Assembly: GCA_965223505.1 (NCBI GenBank)
Contig: CBDCWP010000010.1
Coordinates: 128,001 to 192,000, forward strand
Reading direction: 5' to 3'
Source: Planctomycetota bacterium
GTDB taxonomy: Bacteria > Planctomycetota > PLA2 > JAEUHO01
Length of the DNA: 64,000 nucleotides
Every line of letters starts with the position of its first letter. Position 1 is the stretch's first letter. Made by a program: the position numbers and the translations under genes. Below the pieces are notes generated by a model. The model was not told the DNA's origin, searched no databases, and saw nothing but the letters and a program-made list of their open reading frames with translations. Shown piece after piece: positions 51,750 through 60,898 of this stretch.

Positions 51750-53762
51750 ATGCGCTCACGCAAGCGTTCCGTCATCCGTATTGCCGCAGCGGCACTCACG
51801 CTCGCGCTGGTCACGGGAGGCTGCGGCGGCGGCGGGGGGCCGGGCTTCGTCATTCCGCTGCCGGTCGCGGGTCTGGCGCCCGCGGCGCAGATCTGGGTGC
51901 AGGACGCGACGATCGGCACGGGCGGCGGCGGCCAGTTCTTCCACGGCCAAGGGGTGGACGCCGACGGCGATGTGGTCGGCTACGAGTGGGACTTCGAGTC
52001 CGACGGCACGTTCGACAGCACCGATCAATTCGCGATCTTCCCGTACGCGACGGAGGGATTGAAGACCGTCACGTTGCGCGTTACGGATGACGAAGGCGCG
52101 ACGACGACGGCGACCGCGGTGATCTCCGTTCGAAACGCACCGCCGACCGCCTCGGCGCCGACGCTGAACGTCCGCGCGTTCACGCTCTGTGCGCAGGCGA
52201 GCAAGGAGATCCTGTTCATCGCGGAAGCAGAAGACCCGGACGGCGACGCGATCACGAACTTCGCCTGGGACTTCGAGTCGGACGGCACGATCGACGTGGC
52301 CGTCGACCCGACCGGCCGCCAGAAGTTCACGTACGCGACGTCCGACACGTTCAAGTGCACGTGCACCGTCACGGACGCCGACGGGGCCACCACCGAGGCG
52401 TCCGTGGCCGTGGCCTTGTGCGACCCCGGGACCGTGCCGGAGCTGCCGCCGGCGCTGCAGATCGTGCGAGGGGACGGCATCCGCCAGACCACGGCGGGTG
52501 GATCGATCACCTTCTGCGCCGTGGGCGGGGACGTCGACGGAGGCATGCTGCCCGACGCGAGCTACACGTGGGATCTGAACAACGACGGCATCTTCGACAA
52601 CGGCGTCGGGCAGACGGTGACCACCGACTTCGGATCGGTCGTCGGCGCGTACAACGTGCGCGTGCGCGCGCTGGACGACGAGGGGAACTCCGCCGAGGCC
52701 ATGATGACGGCACTGGTGCTCGCCGCGCCGGGAGCGGCTGGCCCGCCCAACGCGAGGGCGTGGGCCGAAACGATCCTGGCTCCGTCCGGCGAGGCCATCC
52801 AATTCCACGGGCGCGGCAACGACCCTGCAGGGGATCCGGTCACGCTCAGCTGGGACTTCGACGGGGACGGCATCGAGGACTCGACAGCCAGCAACCCCAT
52901 CTTCACGTTCCCGGTGCCGGGCATCTACCGGCCGACCTTGACCGTCACGGACGGAGCGGAGACCGCCGAGGCCGACCTGACCGTCGTGATCGAGGACTGC
53001 AACGACGCAGGTCCCGGGCCGTACTTCTGGTTCGACTGCGACCCCGTCACGATCTTCCACGGCGGCAGGGCCACGATCTCGATGGGTCCGGGCGTCGTCG
53101 CGGGCAGCTCGCCGACGATGTTCTCGGTCAAGAGCATCAACGGGACCATCGGCGGCGACTTCGCGGCCGCCGAGCTGGCGACACCGGGGCTCGGTCCGCT
53201 GCCCACGGGACTGATGGCGGTTCCGGGCGTCCCGATCGCAATCACGATCGACTCCATCGCCGTCGACGGTCCGCCGGGTCTCGAGGTCTACACCGTCACG
53301 ACGCGTCTGGTGGACCCGGGCGTCCGCGTGCAAATCCTCAAGTGCCGGCTCAGCGTGGCCCACGACGTCGTGAACGCGACGTTCGACATCGCGCCGTTCG
53401 AGATAAGCGATCAATGGAACGCGCACATGCGGGTGCGGGTGAATGCCGGAGGCCAGCCGTTCGGCGGGATCCTGCCGGAGGTGTTCGCGGTCGAGATCCA
53501 CCGGATGGATCAAACCCCCAACATGACCAACCTCAACTTCGTTCCGATGACGATCACGCCCGGCTGGATTCCGGCGAACATCCCCGAGGGGATCCAGTTC
53601 GGATCCATGACGCCGCTGGTCGACGGTGGTTCGGACCTCGAGTTCACCTTCAACTACCAGACCGGCGCCGGCGTTGCCGGACCGCCGGTGACCCAGGGGA
53701 CGATCATCCTCCGGGGCAACAGCGGCGAGATCGTCGGCCGGCAGGCGATTCCCTATCCGTAG
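51750..53762 (+). CDS. PKD-repeat lipoprotein
   Basis: AGGAG RBS, lipobox TGGC; four PKD-type motifs YEWDFESDG, FAWDFESDG, YTWDLNNDG, LSWDFDGDG. Confidence 0.85.
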   Translation: MRSRKRSVIRIAAAALTLALVTGGCGGGGGPGFVIPLPVAGLAPAAQIWVQDATIGTGGGGQFFHGQGVDADGDVVGYEWDFESDGTFDSTDQFAIFPYATEGLKTVTLRVTDDEGATTTATAVISVRNAPPTASAPTLNVRAFTLCAQASKEILFIAEAEDPDGDAITNFAWDFESDGTIDVAVDPTGRQKFTYATSDTFKCTCTVTDADGATTEASVAVALCDPGTVPELPPALQIVRGDGIRQTTAGGSITFCAVGGDVDGGMLPDASYTWDLNNDGIFDNGVGQTVTTDFGSVVGAYNVRVRALDDEGNSAEAMMTALVLAAPGAAGPPNARAWAETILAPSGEAIQFHGRGNDPAGDPVTLSWDFDGDGIEDSTASNPIFTFPVPGIYRPTLTVTDGAETAEADLTVVIEDCNDAGPGPYFWFDCDPVTIFHGGRATISMGPGVVAGSSPTMFSVKSINGTIGGDFAAAELATPGLGPLPTGLMAVPGVPIAITIDSIAVDGPPGLEVYTVTTRLVDPGVRVQILKCRLSVAHDVVNATFDIAPFEISDQWNAHMRVRVNAGGQPFGGILPEVFAVEIHRMDQTPNMTNLNFVPMTITPGWIPANIPEGIQFGSMTPLVDGGSDLEFTFNYQTGAGVAGPPVTQGTIILRGNSGEIVGRQAIPYP

Positions 53763-53879
53763 TCGCGGCCCCGTCGCGCAATCGGAGCGGAGCGCGAAGC
53801 GAAGCGTTGTCTCGCTGCGTCGTCCCGCGTAGCGTGCGCGGCACGGACGGATCGAAACCCAGGGAAAAGGAGGAAACTC

Positions 53880-54557
53880 ATGTTCATCAAGACGGCGCGG
53901 CGGTCTCATCTTGCAGTCTGTGCAATCGTGCTCGGCATGGCGCTCGGCGCGTGCGGCGGCGACGGAGACAACGGCGGCGGCGGGAGCGCAGGGGCCGATG
54001 GCGCCGCGTCACCCGACGAGCTCGTCAGCAAGATGCAGGTGGCGGTCAACAACGACGACTTTCCGGCCATGCTGCCGCTGCTGGTCCCGAAACAACGCGC
54101 GATGATCACCTTCGGCGTGTACATGGGCGCGGAGATGATGGTCGGCATGAGCACGAGGATGGCGGGGATGGGCGGCGACGAGGGGCAGGCCGCGGCCAAG
54201 AAGCTGAGTGACGACTGGTCCGCCATCAAGAAGCGGCACGGCCTTCCGGGGGACAAGGGCGCGAAGCCGGAGGGACTCGACACCGACGACAAGGATCAGA
54301 TGATCGAGGGCATGAACAAGCTATTGGGCCACGTGGACCACGCGGCGTTTCTGAAGGACGCGCTCGCGTTCATGCGCGCCAACAAGGACCCCGATGAAGA
54401 GGGCGGCGCGATGGACACCATGAAGGGCACGTTCAAGAACCTGAAAGTCGACGGTGAGAGCGGCACCGTCGAGCTGGAAAAAGACGACGGGACCGAGACC
54501 GTCGGCATCGTCAAGATCGACGGTCGGTGGTACGCCGACCTGAAGGACACGATGTAG
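53880..54557 (+). CDS. Hypothetical lipoprotein
   Basis: AAGGAGG RBS, lipobox LGAC, C-terminal KIDGRWY. Confidence 0.8.
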   Translation: MFIKTARRSHLAVCAIVLGMALGACGGDGDNGGGGSAGADGAASPDELVSKMQVAVNNDDFPAMLPLLVPKQRAMITFGVYMGAEMMVGMSTRMAGMGGDEGQAAAKKLSDDWSAIKKRHGLPGDKGAKPEGLDTDDKDQMIEGMNKLLGHVDHAAFLKDALAFMRANKDPDEEGGAMDTMKGTFKNLKVDGESGTVELEKDDGTETVGIVKIDGRWYADLKDTM

Positions 54558-54584
54558 CGTCGGGCGGCTACATTCGTCGGGATC

Positions 54585-54944
54585 TCACGGCATGAGATAC
54601 GCCGCGGCCGTGAGCACGGCCGCGGTGATCGACGCCTGGAGGTAGAGCCGGCGCGACTTCGCGCGTAGCGCGTCGCGCAACGCCTCGTCGTCGATCGCTT
54701 CCGTCTTGCCGTTCACCTCGCGCACACCCTGTGCGGCGCGCGCGACTCACGTGCCCGCCGCGGCCTGGAAGAAGCTCAGGCCCGCGACGAACAGCGGCAA
54801 GAACAGAAGCAGGCGCCAGGTCTTCGCGAACCCCTGCTGGTCGAACCAGAACAGGATCCCGCCGCAGACCAGGAGGATCACGAAGCCGCTCCACCAGCGT
54901 TTCGAGCGGCCCCCGCGGTCGAGATTGGTCGCGTTCTTGGACAA
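54585..54944 (-). CDS. Small membrane protein with in-frame UGA (codon 66), candidate selenoprotein
   Basis: Frame reads ...FFQAAAGT-UGA-VARAAQGVREVNG...AAVLTAAAYLMP; 48 of 53 codons after UGA end in G/C; hairpin follows; TTG start is a best guess. Confidence 0.72.
54719..54738 (-). promoter_or_regulatory. SECIS-like hairpin CGCACA-GGG-UGUGCG
   Basis: 6-bp stem (+2 bp after a bulged C); loop starts 18 nt 3' of UGA 54749-54747. Confidence 0.6.
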
Positions 54945-55001
54945 GGTCGAGCTCCCGCGCCAACGCGCTGCCGCCGGATTGCATCCTACACTTGCTCGGC
55001 C

Positions 55002-57161
55002 ATGAAACTCCGTCGCGCCCTTTGCCTGATTGTCCTGATCTCGGCCTCCCGAGGACTCTGTGTGCCGAGCGCAGACGGCGAGGAACGGATCGAGCGGCGC
55101 GCGCCGGGCACGATCGTGCTCCGCGGCGACCCCGACCGCGTCGCCGGACACCGCATCGTGCCGGCGTTCCCGCGGCTGCGGTTCCGGCGGCCGCTCTACT
55201 TCGGCTTCCTCCCGGACGGTTCGGGCCGGCTGTGCGTGTTGGAGCAGGACGGACGCGTCTTGCTGTTTCCCAACGCCGACAACGTCGGCCCGGAGCAGGT
55301 CCACGTCGCGCTCGACATCCGGCAGAAGGTCTATCGGAAGCACAACGAAGAGGGCCTGCTCGGCATCGCGTTCCACCCGCGGTTCGCCGAGAACCGAACG
55401 CTGTTCATCCACTACTCGGCCAACGGCCCGCGCCGCGGCGTCGTCTCGCGCTTCCGGATGAATCGCGCGCGAACGAAGATCGATCCCCGGAGCGAGCGCG
55501 TCGTCCTGGAACAGCGCCAACCGTGGGGCAATCACAACGGCGGGGGGCTGGAGTTCGGTCCGGACGGGTACCTGTACATCACGTTCGGCGACGGCGGCGC
55601 CGGCGGCGACCCCCAGGGCAACGGCCAGAATCTCGGCACGTGGCTGGGCTCGATCTTGCGCATCGACGTGGATCGCAAGTCGCCGTACGCGGTTCCGCCC
55701 GACAACCCATTCGTCAAGCACCGCGGCGCGCGCCCGGAGATCTGGGCGTACGGTCTGCGCAACGTGTGGCGATTCTCGTTCGACCGGCTGACCGGCGATC
55801 TGTGGGCCGGCGACGTCGGTCAGAACGCGTGGGAAGAGATCGACCTGATCGTCAAGGGCGGCAACTACGGCTGGAAGATCCGTGAAGGCGCGCATCCGTT
55901 CCGCGGGCAGGGCCGAACGGAAGGCTTGATCGATCCGGTGATCGAGTTCGACACCTCCCAAGCGCGATCCATCACCGGCGGCTACGTGTACCGCGGCAAG
56001 AAGCTCCCGGGCCTCGTCGGTACGTACGTCTACGCGGACTATGCGACCGGCAACGTGTGGGGCTTGAAGTGGGACGGCGAGACGGTGCGCGAGAATCGCT
56101 TGCTCGGCCGCGGCCGCAGCGTGTCGAGCTTCGGAGAGGACGCCGACGGCGAAGTCTACTTCACGTCTTTCGACGGTCGCATCTACACGTTCACACGTCC
56201 GCGTCATGCGAACGCGGGCGGGCGATTCCCGCGCAAACTCTCCGAGACGGGTCTGTTCACCGACACCGCCGCGCTGACGCCGCACGCCTCGCTGATTCCG
56301 TACGAGGTCAACGTGCCGCTCTGGTCCGACGGGGCGGCGAAGCAGCGCTACGTCATGCTGCCGGGCATGGAGCGGGTGCGTGTCGGTGCCGACGGTCGCT
56401 TCACGTTCCCCCAGGGCACGATCTTCGTGAAGACGTTCTTCGCCGGCACCTCGGCGAAGGCCCCGCGGCTCGAGACCCGACTCTTTGCCCGTCGTGACGA
56501 GGGTTGGCGGGGCTACACGTACGTCTGGAACGAGGCGCAGACCGACGCCGAGCTGATCGACGGCCGCGTCACGGCGCCGACCTCCGCCCAGGCGCGTCGC
56601 GCGGGACTGGCCGACCGCTGGACGTTTCCGAGCCGTTCGGACTGCATGAGCTGCCACACGGAGGCAGGGGGCTCGGTGCTCGGTTTTCGCGCGGAGCAGC
56701 TTCACCGCACGAACGAGCACTTCGACGAGGCCACCGTCAGCCGGCTCGAGGTGCTGCAGCGCATCGGCGTCTTCGAGGAAGGCGCCGACCCACGCGCCGT
56801 GACGTCGTTTCCGCGGTGGGACGACGGCAAAGCACCCCTCGACGGCCGGGTCCGCGCGTACCTGGATACGAACTGCGCGAGCTGTCATCAGCCGGGCGCG
56901 CCCGGCAACGCTCGCATCGACCTGCGGTACGACACGCCGCTCGGCGAGTCGCGCATGCTCGAGGAGCCGCCGGGCGACGACGACCTGGGCGTGCCGAACG
57001 CGCGCATCGTCAAACCGGGCCGTCCGAATCAGTCGCTGCTGCTGCTTCGCATGTTACGCACCGACGAGAAGGGCATGCCGCACATCGCCCACGAGTCGGT
57101 CGACCGCAAGGCCGTCGACCTCGTCACGCGATGGATTCGATCGCTGCGTCCGCTGAAGTAG
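55002..57161 (+). CDS. PQQ-dependent sugar dehydrogenase (GSDH beta-propeller) fused to a diheme cytochrome c domain
   Basis: EEGLLGIAFHP, NHNGG.LEFGPDGYLY, EIWAYGLRNVWRFSFD, GGNYGW; YEVNVPLWSDGA.K.R, CMSCH, CASCH. Confidence 0.9.
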   Translation: MKLRRALCLIVLISASRGLCVPSADGEERIERRAPGTIVLRGDPDRVAGHRIVPAFPRLRFRRPLYFGFLPDGSGRLCVLEQDGRVLLFPNADNVGPEQVHVALDIRQKVYRKHNEEGLLGIAFHPRFAENRTLFIHYSANGPRRGVVSRFRMNRARTKIDPRSERVVLEQRQPWGNHNGGGLEFGPDGYLYITFGDGGAGGDPQGNGQNLGTWLGSILRIDVDRKSPYAVPPDNPFVKHRGARPEIWAYGLRNVWRFSFDRLTGDLWAGDVGQNAWEEIDLIVKGGNYGWKIREGAHPFRGQGRTEGLIDPVIEFDTSQARSITGGYVYRGKKLPGLVGTYVYADYATGNVWGLKWDGETVRENRLLGRGRSVSSFGEDADGEVYFTSFDGRIYTFTRPRHANAGGRFPRKLSETGLFTDTAALTPHASLIPYEVNVPLWSDGAAKQRYVMLPGMERVRVGADGRFTFPQGTIFVKTFFAGTSAKAPRLETRLFARRDEGWRGYTYVWNEAQTDAELIDGRVTAPTSAQARRAGLADRWTFPSRSDCMSCHTEAGGSVLGFRAEQLHRTNEHFDEATVSRLEVLQRIGVFEEGADPRAVTSFPRWDDGKAPLDGRVRAYLDTNCASCHQPGAPGNARIDLRYDTPLGESRMLEEPPGDDDLGVPNARIVKPGRPNQSLLLLRMLRTDEKGMPHIAHESVDRKAVDLVTRWIRSLRPLK

Positions 57162-57164
57162 CGC

Positions 57165-58148
57165 CTACAAGAACTTGGTCTTGAGCTTCTCGGCGATCTT
57201 CTGCGCTTCCTGGCCTGCCTTGGTGTTCTCGTACTTCTTCTTCGTCAGCGACTTGATGATGGCGTACTGCTTCTTGTAGTTCGACTCTTCCGCCATCTTC
57301 GCTTTGGCCTTCGCGAGCTTCTTGCTGGCATCCACCTCGAGCTTGAGCTCCTTGTCCTTCAGGATCTCCTTGGCGGCGGCCTGCGCCTGCTTGCCGTAGT
57401 CGTGCCCCTTGAACTCCTTGGCGACGCGCTCGTAGGCGAGGAACGCGTCGTACACGTTGCGCTCGCGCAGCGCCGCCGCCGCCTCCTCGAGCGAAGAGGT
57501 CGCGGTCCACTCCAACCAGGCCTTGATCTCGTTCGCGGCTTCCAGCTCGTCGCCTTCGACCTTTTCGCCCTCGATGGCCGCGTTCACCTTCTTGAGCGCG
57601 TCGGCGAACTTCTGCTTGCCGATGGCCTTCTCGACCTTCGAGAGCGACGCCGGGAACGCCGGAAGGAGCCGGATGCTCGCCAGGGCCTCCTCGATCATCT
57701 CGGTGGTGACGGACGCCGGGTGGTCCACGACGAGCACCTTGCCGCGCGCGTCGATCAGAACCGCCGAGGGGTAGCTGTTGCGGCCGTACGCCGCCATGGA
57801 GTCGGTTTTCTCGCTGATGATCGGGTGCTTCGCGTCGGTCTTCTCGATGAACGCCTCGATGCGCGATGCCGGTTCCTTCGAGATGGAGATGACCGTCAGG
57901 CCCTTGGGGCCGTACTTCTCGTGAAGCTCGTCCAGGTGACCCACCTGGTTCACACACGGGCCTCAGGTCGTTGCGAAGAGCTCGAGGAACACGACGCGCC
58001 CGCGCAGGTCCTCGAGGGTGACCGGGTCGGTGTTGAAGAACTCGTCGCCCTCGAAGGCGGCGGCGGGATCCCCGACCCCGGCGACGGCCGAGGTGCTGGA
58101 CAGGAGGAGAACGCCGAGGACGGCGCCTGCAACGGCGATCTTGCTCAT
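57165..58148 (-). CDS. Exported TlpA/AhpC-TSA-family redoxin with UxxC motif (in-frame UGA, codon 62), candidate selenoprotein
   Basis: Signal peptide, TLEDLRGRVVFLELFATT-UGA-GPCVNQVGHLDELHEKYGPKGL, cis-Pro YPSAVLIDARGKV, helical C-terminal domain. Confidence 0.9.
57932..57948 (-). promoter_or_regulatory. SECIS-like hairpin CCAGGUG-GGU-CACCUGG
   Basis: Perfect 7-bp stem; loop starts 22 nt 3' of UGA 57965-57963. Confidence 0.75.
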
Positions 58149-58201
58149 CGAACACTCCAGATCGAGTTGCCGCGAGTATAGCGCTACGCGCCGAAATCCG
58201 G

Positions 58202-59302
58202 CTACGCGCTCGTCAGCACCACGGCGCCGGCTTGCCCGAGAAGGCCGCCGGTCAGGACCAAGACCCCGTTCGAGGCCCGTTGGGCGGCCAGCGCGACGAC
58301 GATCGACTCGTGGGCTGCGGCGAGATACCCCAAGTGCTTCGACGGCGTCCAGGCCTCGGCTTCGAGCGTCGCAACGGCCGCGTCCGCCTCGGCGCGGGCC
58401 GCCGCGGTCGCGCACGGGGGCGTCACGACGAGGGCGATCCGCGCTCGGCGCGCGTCACGCAACGCGCCCTGAAGCGCCGCCGCCAGCGTCTGTCGTTCGG
58501 GCCCGTAGCCCACCGCCGGCCCCGTTGACGCGGCCGATCCGGCGATGGTCGCGAGCGGACGCGCGCCGCGTCGCTCCGCGTGCGCGCGCGTCTCGATCAC
58601 CAACGCGCCCGCGCCGTCGCCGGGCTCCAGCGCGTCGAGCTCGAGCTGATCGATCTCGTGCAACGCGACGGGCGCGCTGCCGACCGACGCGCCGACGACG
58701 ACGGCGAGGTCGAGCCGTCCGGTCGCAACGGACCGGGCTGCGAGCGAGAGCAGGTGTTGCGACGTCGCGGAGAACCCCGCCACGCTCGTGTTCGCGCCTT
58801 GCAGCTCGTACCAGGTAGCGAGAAACGAGTAGACGTTGTTCTTCAGGTTCTCGAGCAGGAAGAACGGCTTCACGCGGCGCGCGCACGCCTGGTTGAGGGT
58901 CTTTGCCTCGTACGTTCGCCCTTCCGGGTTCGCGGCCACGAACCCCGGCCGGAAGTCCAGGCACGCCCACTCGGTTGCGTCGCCCTGTGCGAGATAGAGT
59001 CCCTTTCTCGGGCCCGCGATCTCGCCGCCGTCCAGCCCGGCTTGCAGCGCCGCCTCGCGCGTGGCGTCCACGGCGAACCGGCCGCTGGCGCTCAGGAACT
59101 TGATCTGGCTCTCGAGGTCGCGCGGCACGTCGCAGTGGATCGACGTGTCCTCGATGCGCGCGCCGCGAACGGGCGTTGCGCCGTAGAGATTGCGAACGGC
59201 GGACGCGCCGGATGTCAGTTGCGACGTCGTGGTATCCACGCCCCGCCCGAGCGCGGTGACGACACCGGCGCCGGTGATGACGACGTCGCACTTGTCGTTC
59301 AC
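58202..59302 (-). CDS. Ketosynthase-like protein lacking catalytic Cys (chain-length-factor-like)
   Basis: VVITGAGVVTALG, PGDGAGALVIE..HAERRGA; active-site position reads GANTSVAGFSATS; no HGTGT. Confidence 0.75.
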   Translation of the reverse strand: MNDKCDVVITGAGVVTALGRGVDTTTSQLTSGASAVRNLYGATPVRGARIEDTSIHCDVPRDLESQIKFLSASGRFAVDATREAALQAGLDGGEIAGPRKGLYLAQGDATEWACLDFRPGFVAANPEGRTYEAKTLNQACARRVKPFFLLENLKNNVYSFLATWYELQGANTSVAGFSATSQHLLSLAARSVATGRLDLAVVVGASVGSAPVALHEIDQLELDALEPGDGAGALVIETRAHAERRGARPLATIAGSAASTGPAVGYGPERQTLAAALQGALRDARRARIALVVTPPCATAAARAEADAAVATLEAEAWTPSKHLGYLAAAHESIVVALAAQRASNGVLVLTGGLLGQAGAVVLTSA

Positions 59303-59751
59303 GACGACTCCGGCGCGCCGCGAAGCATGTCGAACGACCGCCGGGCCGCCTCTCGCGAGGCGAGATCCTCGAGCGCGGTCACCCGTGCTTCGAACTCGAT
59401 CACGGCGGCGCGTTCGCCCTCGACCGACGCCTCGGCCCGGTAGGCGCGGCGTGCTTCGTCGTCCGACGCCGTCCGCTCGATCGACAGGTCCACGCGGTCG
59501 CCCGGCGCGGCGAACCGGTAATAGCGGGCGGAGACGACGCGATCCAAGAGCACCCAACGCTCGAACGCCGAGGACGACGCCTCCATCCAGCCGGCGAGCT
59601 GTGCGAGCGCCTCGAGAATCAGCATGCCGGGCAGGATCGGCCGCTCGGGAAAGTGCCACTCGAGGTAGTCCTCGCTCATGGCCACGTTCTTCCAGCCGGT
59701 TGCGCGGTCGGCCTCGATGGACCGGATCCGATCGACGAGCAGGTACCTCAT
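59299..59751 (-). CDS. FabZ/FabA-like 3-hydroxyacyl-ACP dehydratase
   Basis: YLLVDRI, HFPERPILPGMLILEALAQ, PGD; ATGA overlap. Confidence 0.88.
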   Translation of the reverse strand: MRYLLVDRIRSIEADRATGWKNVAMSEDYLEWHFPERPILPGMLILEALAQLAGWMEASSSAFERWVLLDRVVSARYYRFAAPGDRVDLSIERTASDDEARRAYRAEASVEGERAAVIEFEARVTALEDLASREAARRSFDMLRGAPESS

Positions 59752-60146
59752 GCGCCCGCCCTCTGGAGGATCACCGATGCCATGGCGTGCGCGCCGGTGT
59801 GGGTCAACGAGACCGACGCTGCTCCGAGCGCCTGCGTGCGGGCGACGCGCAGCGGCCGTCCCGAGAGCCGAAGCGTCGGCGCGCGGCCTTCCCGCACGAC
59901 TTCGATCTCCTTGAGCGCGCGGTCGATGCCGGTGGGCGTGATGCCGATGCCCAGCGCCTTGAGCGCGGCCTCCTTCGCCGCGAAACGGGCCGCGAAGTGC
60001 GGCAGCGGATCCGGGTGTCGCCGGCAATAGCTGCGCTCGTCGTCGGTGAACACGCGCGCCTCGAACGCTGCGTGCCGCGCCATCACATCGCGCAGATGCG
60101 CGACGTCGACGAGGTCGATGCCGTGGCGAACCGAGCCCTTCTTCAT
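59748..60146 (-). CDS. acpS: Holo-ACP synthase (phosphopantetheinyl transferase)
   Basis: GIDLV, RVFT..E, AARFAAKEAALKALG, VSLTH. Confidence 0.92.
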   Translation of the reverse strand: MKKGSVRHGIDLVDVAHLRDVMARHAAFEARVFTDDERSYCRRHPDPLPHFAARFAAKEAALKALGIGITPTGIDRALKEIEVVREGRAPTLRLSGRPLRVARTQALGAASVSLTHTGAHAMASVILQRAGA

Positions 60147-60898
60147 GCGACCGACATCCCTCCGTCGACCAGGAAACCCTGGCCCGTAATGTAGGCGGCG
60201 TCGTCCGAGCAGAGGAAGAGGACCAGGCCCGCCACGTCTTCCGGCGTGCCGAACCGTCCGGCCGGAATGCGTTCGAGGACCTGATCGCCGGCACGCCGCT
60301 TGACCACCGCCGTCATGTCCGTGTCGATGAAGCCGGGCAGAACCGCGTTGGCCTGGATATTGCGCCCCGCCATCTCCAGGGCGGTGGCGCGCGTGAACGC
60401 GAGCACGCCGCCTTTGGCCGCGGCGTAGTTGGCCTGCCCGACGCCGCCGCGCACCGAGCTGATCGAGGCGATGTTGACGATGCGACCGGCGCGCGCGCGC
60501 ATCATCGGCCGCAGCGCGGCGCGCGTGCAGAGATAGACCCCCGTGAGATTCACGTCGATGACGCGCTGCCAGTCCTCGGGTCGCATCGTGAGCAGCAACG
60601 TGTCCTTCACGATGCCGGCGTTGTTCACGAGCGCGTCGAGGCGACCGTGGTCATCGAGCACACGTTCGAAGAGCGCGCGTACGCCGTCTTCGTTGCCGAC
60701 GTCGGCCCGGACGGCTTGGGCGCTGCCGCCGGCGGCCTCGATCTCCGCGACCAAGGACGCGGCGTCATCGGCGGACGACGCGTAGTTGGCGATCACGTGG
60801 GCGCCGTTCGCTGCGAGACGCCGGGCCACCGCCCGTCCGATGCCGCGGGAAGCGCCCGTCACGAGCGCGACGCGGTCATGCAGGTTGTCGCGAATCAT
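60143..60898 (-). CDS. fabG: 3-oxoacyl-ACP reductase
   Basis: TGASRGIG, NNAGI, GQANYAAAKGG, PGFIDTDMT. Confidence 0.92.
   Translation of the reverse strand: MIRDNLHDRVALVTGASRGIGRAVARRLAANGAHVIANYASSADDAASLVAEIEAAGGSAQAVRADVGNEDGVRALFERVLDDHGRLDALVNNAGIVKDTLLLTMRPEDWQRVIDVNLTGVYLCTRAALRPMMRARAGRIVNIASISSVRGGVGQANYAAAKGGVLAFTRATALEMAGRNIQANAVLPGFIDTDMTAVVKRRAGDQVLERIPAGRFGTPEDVAGLVLFLCSDDAAYITGQGFLVDGGMSVA

Noticed and set aside
51750..53762. Repeated TGGGACTTCGAGTC..GACGGCACG segments as CRISPR or mobile repeats
   Set aside because: They are coding PKD-domain repeats (WDFESDGT) within one ORF.
54568..54984. ORF-track 138-aa minus-strand ORF
   Set aside because: Arg/Gly-rich out-of-frame shadow; the TM-containing, GC3-rich frame is the UGA-interrupted one.
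57165..57953. Stand-alone 262-aa ORF starting at GTG 57953
   Set aside because: Begins just after the UxxC site in mid-fold; better explained as the 3' part of the read-through gene.
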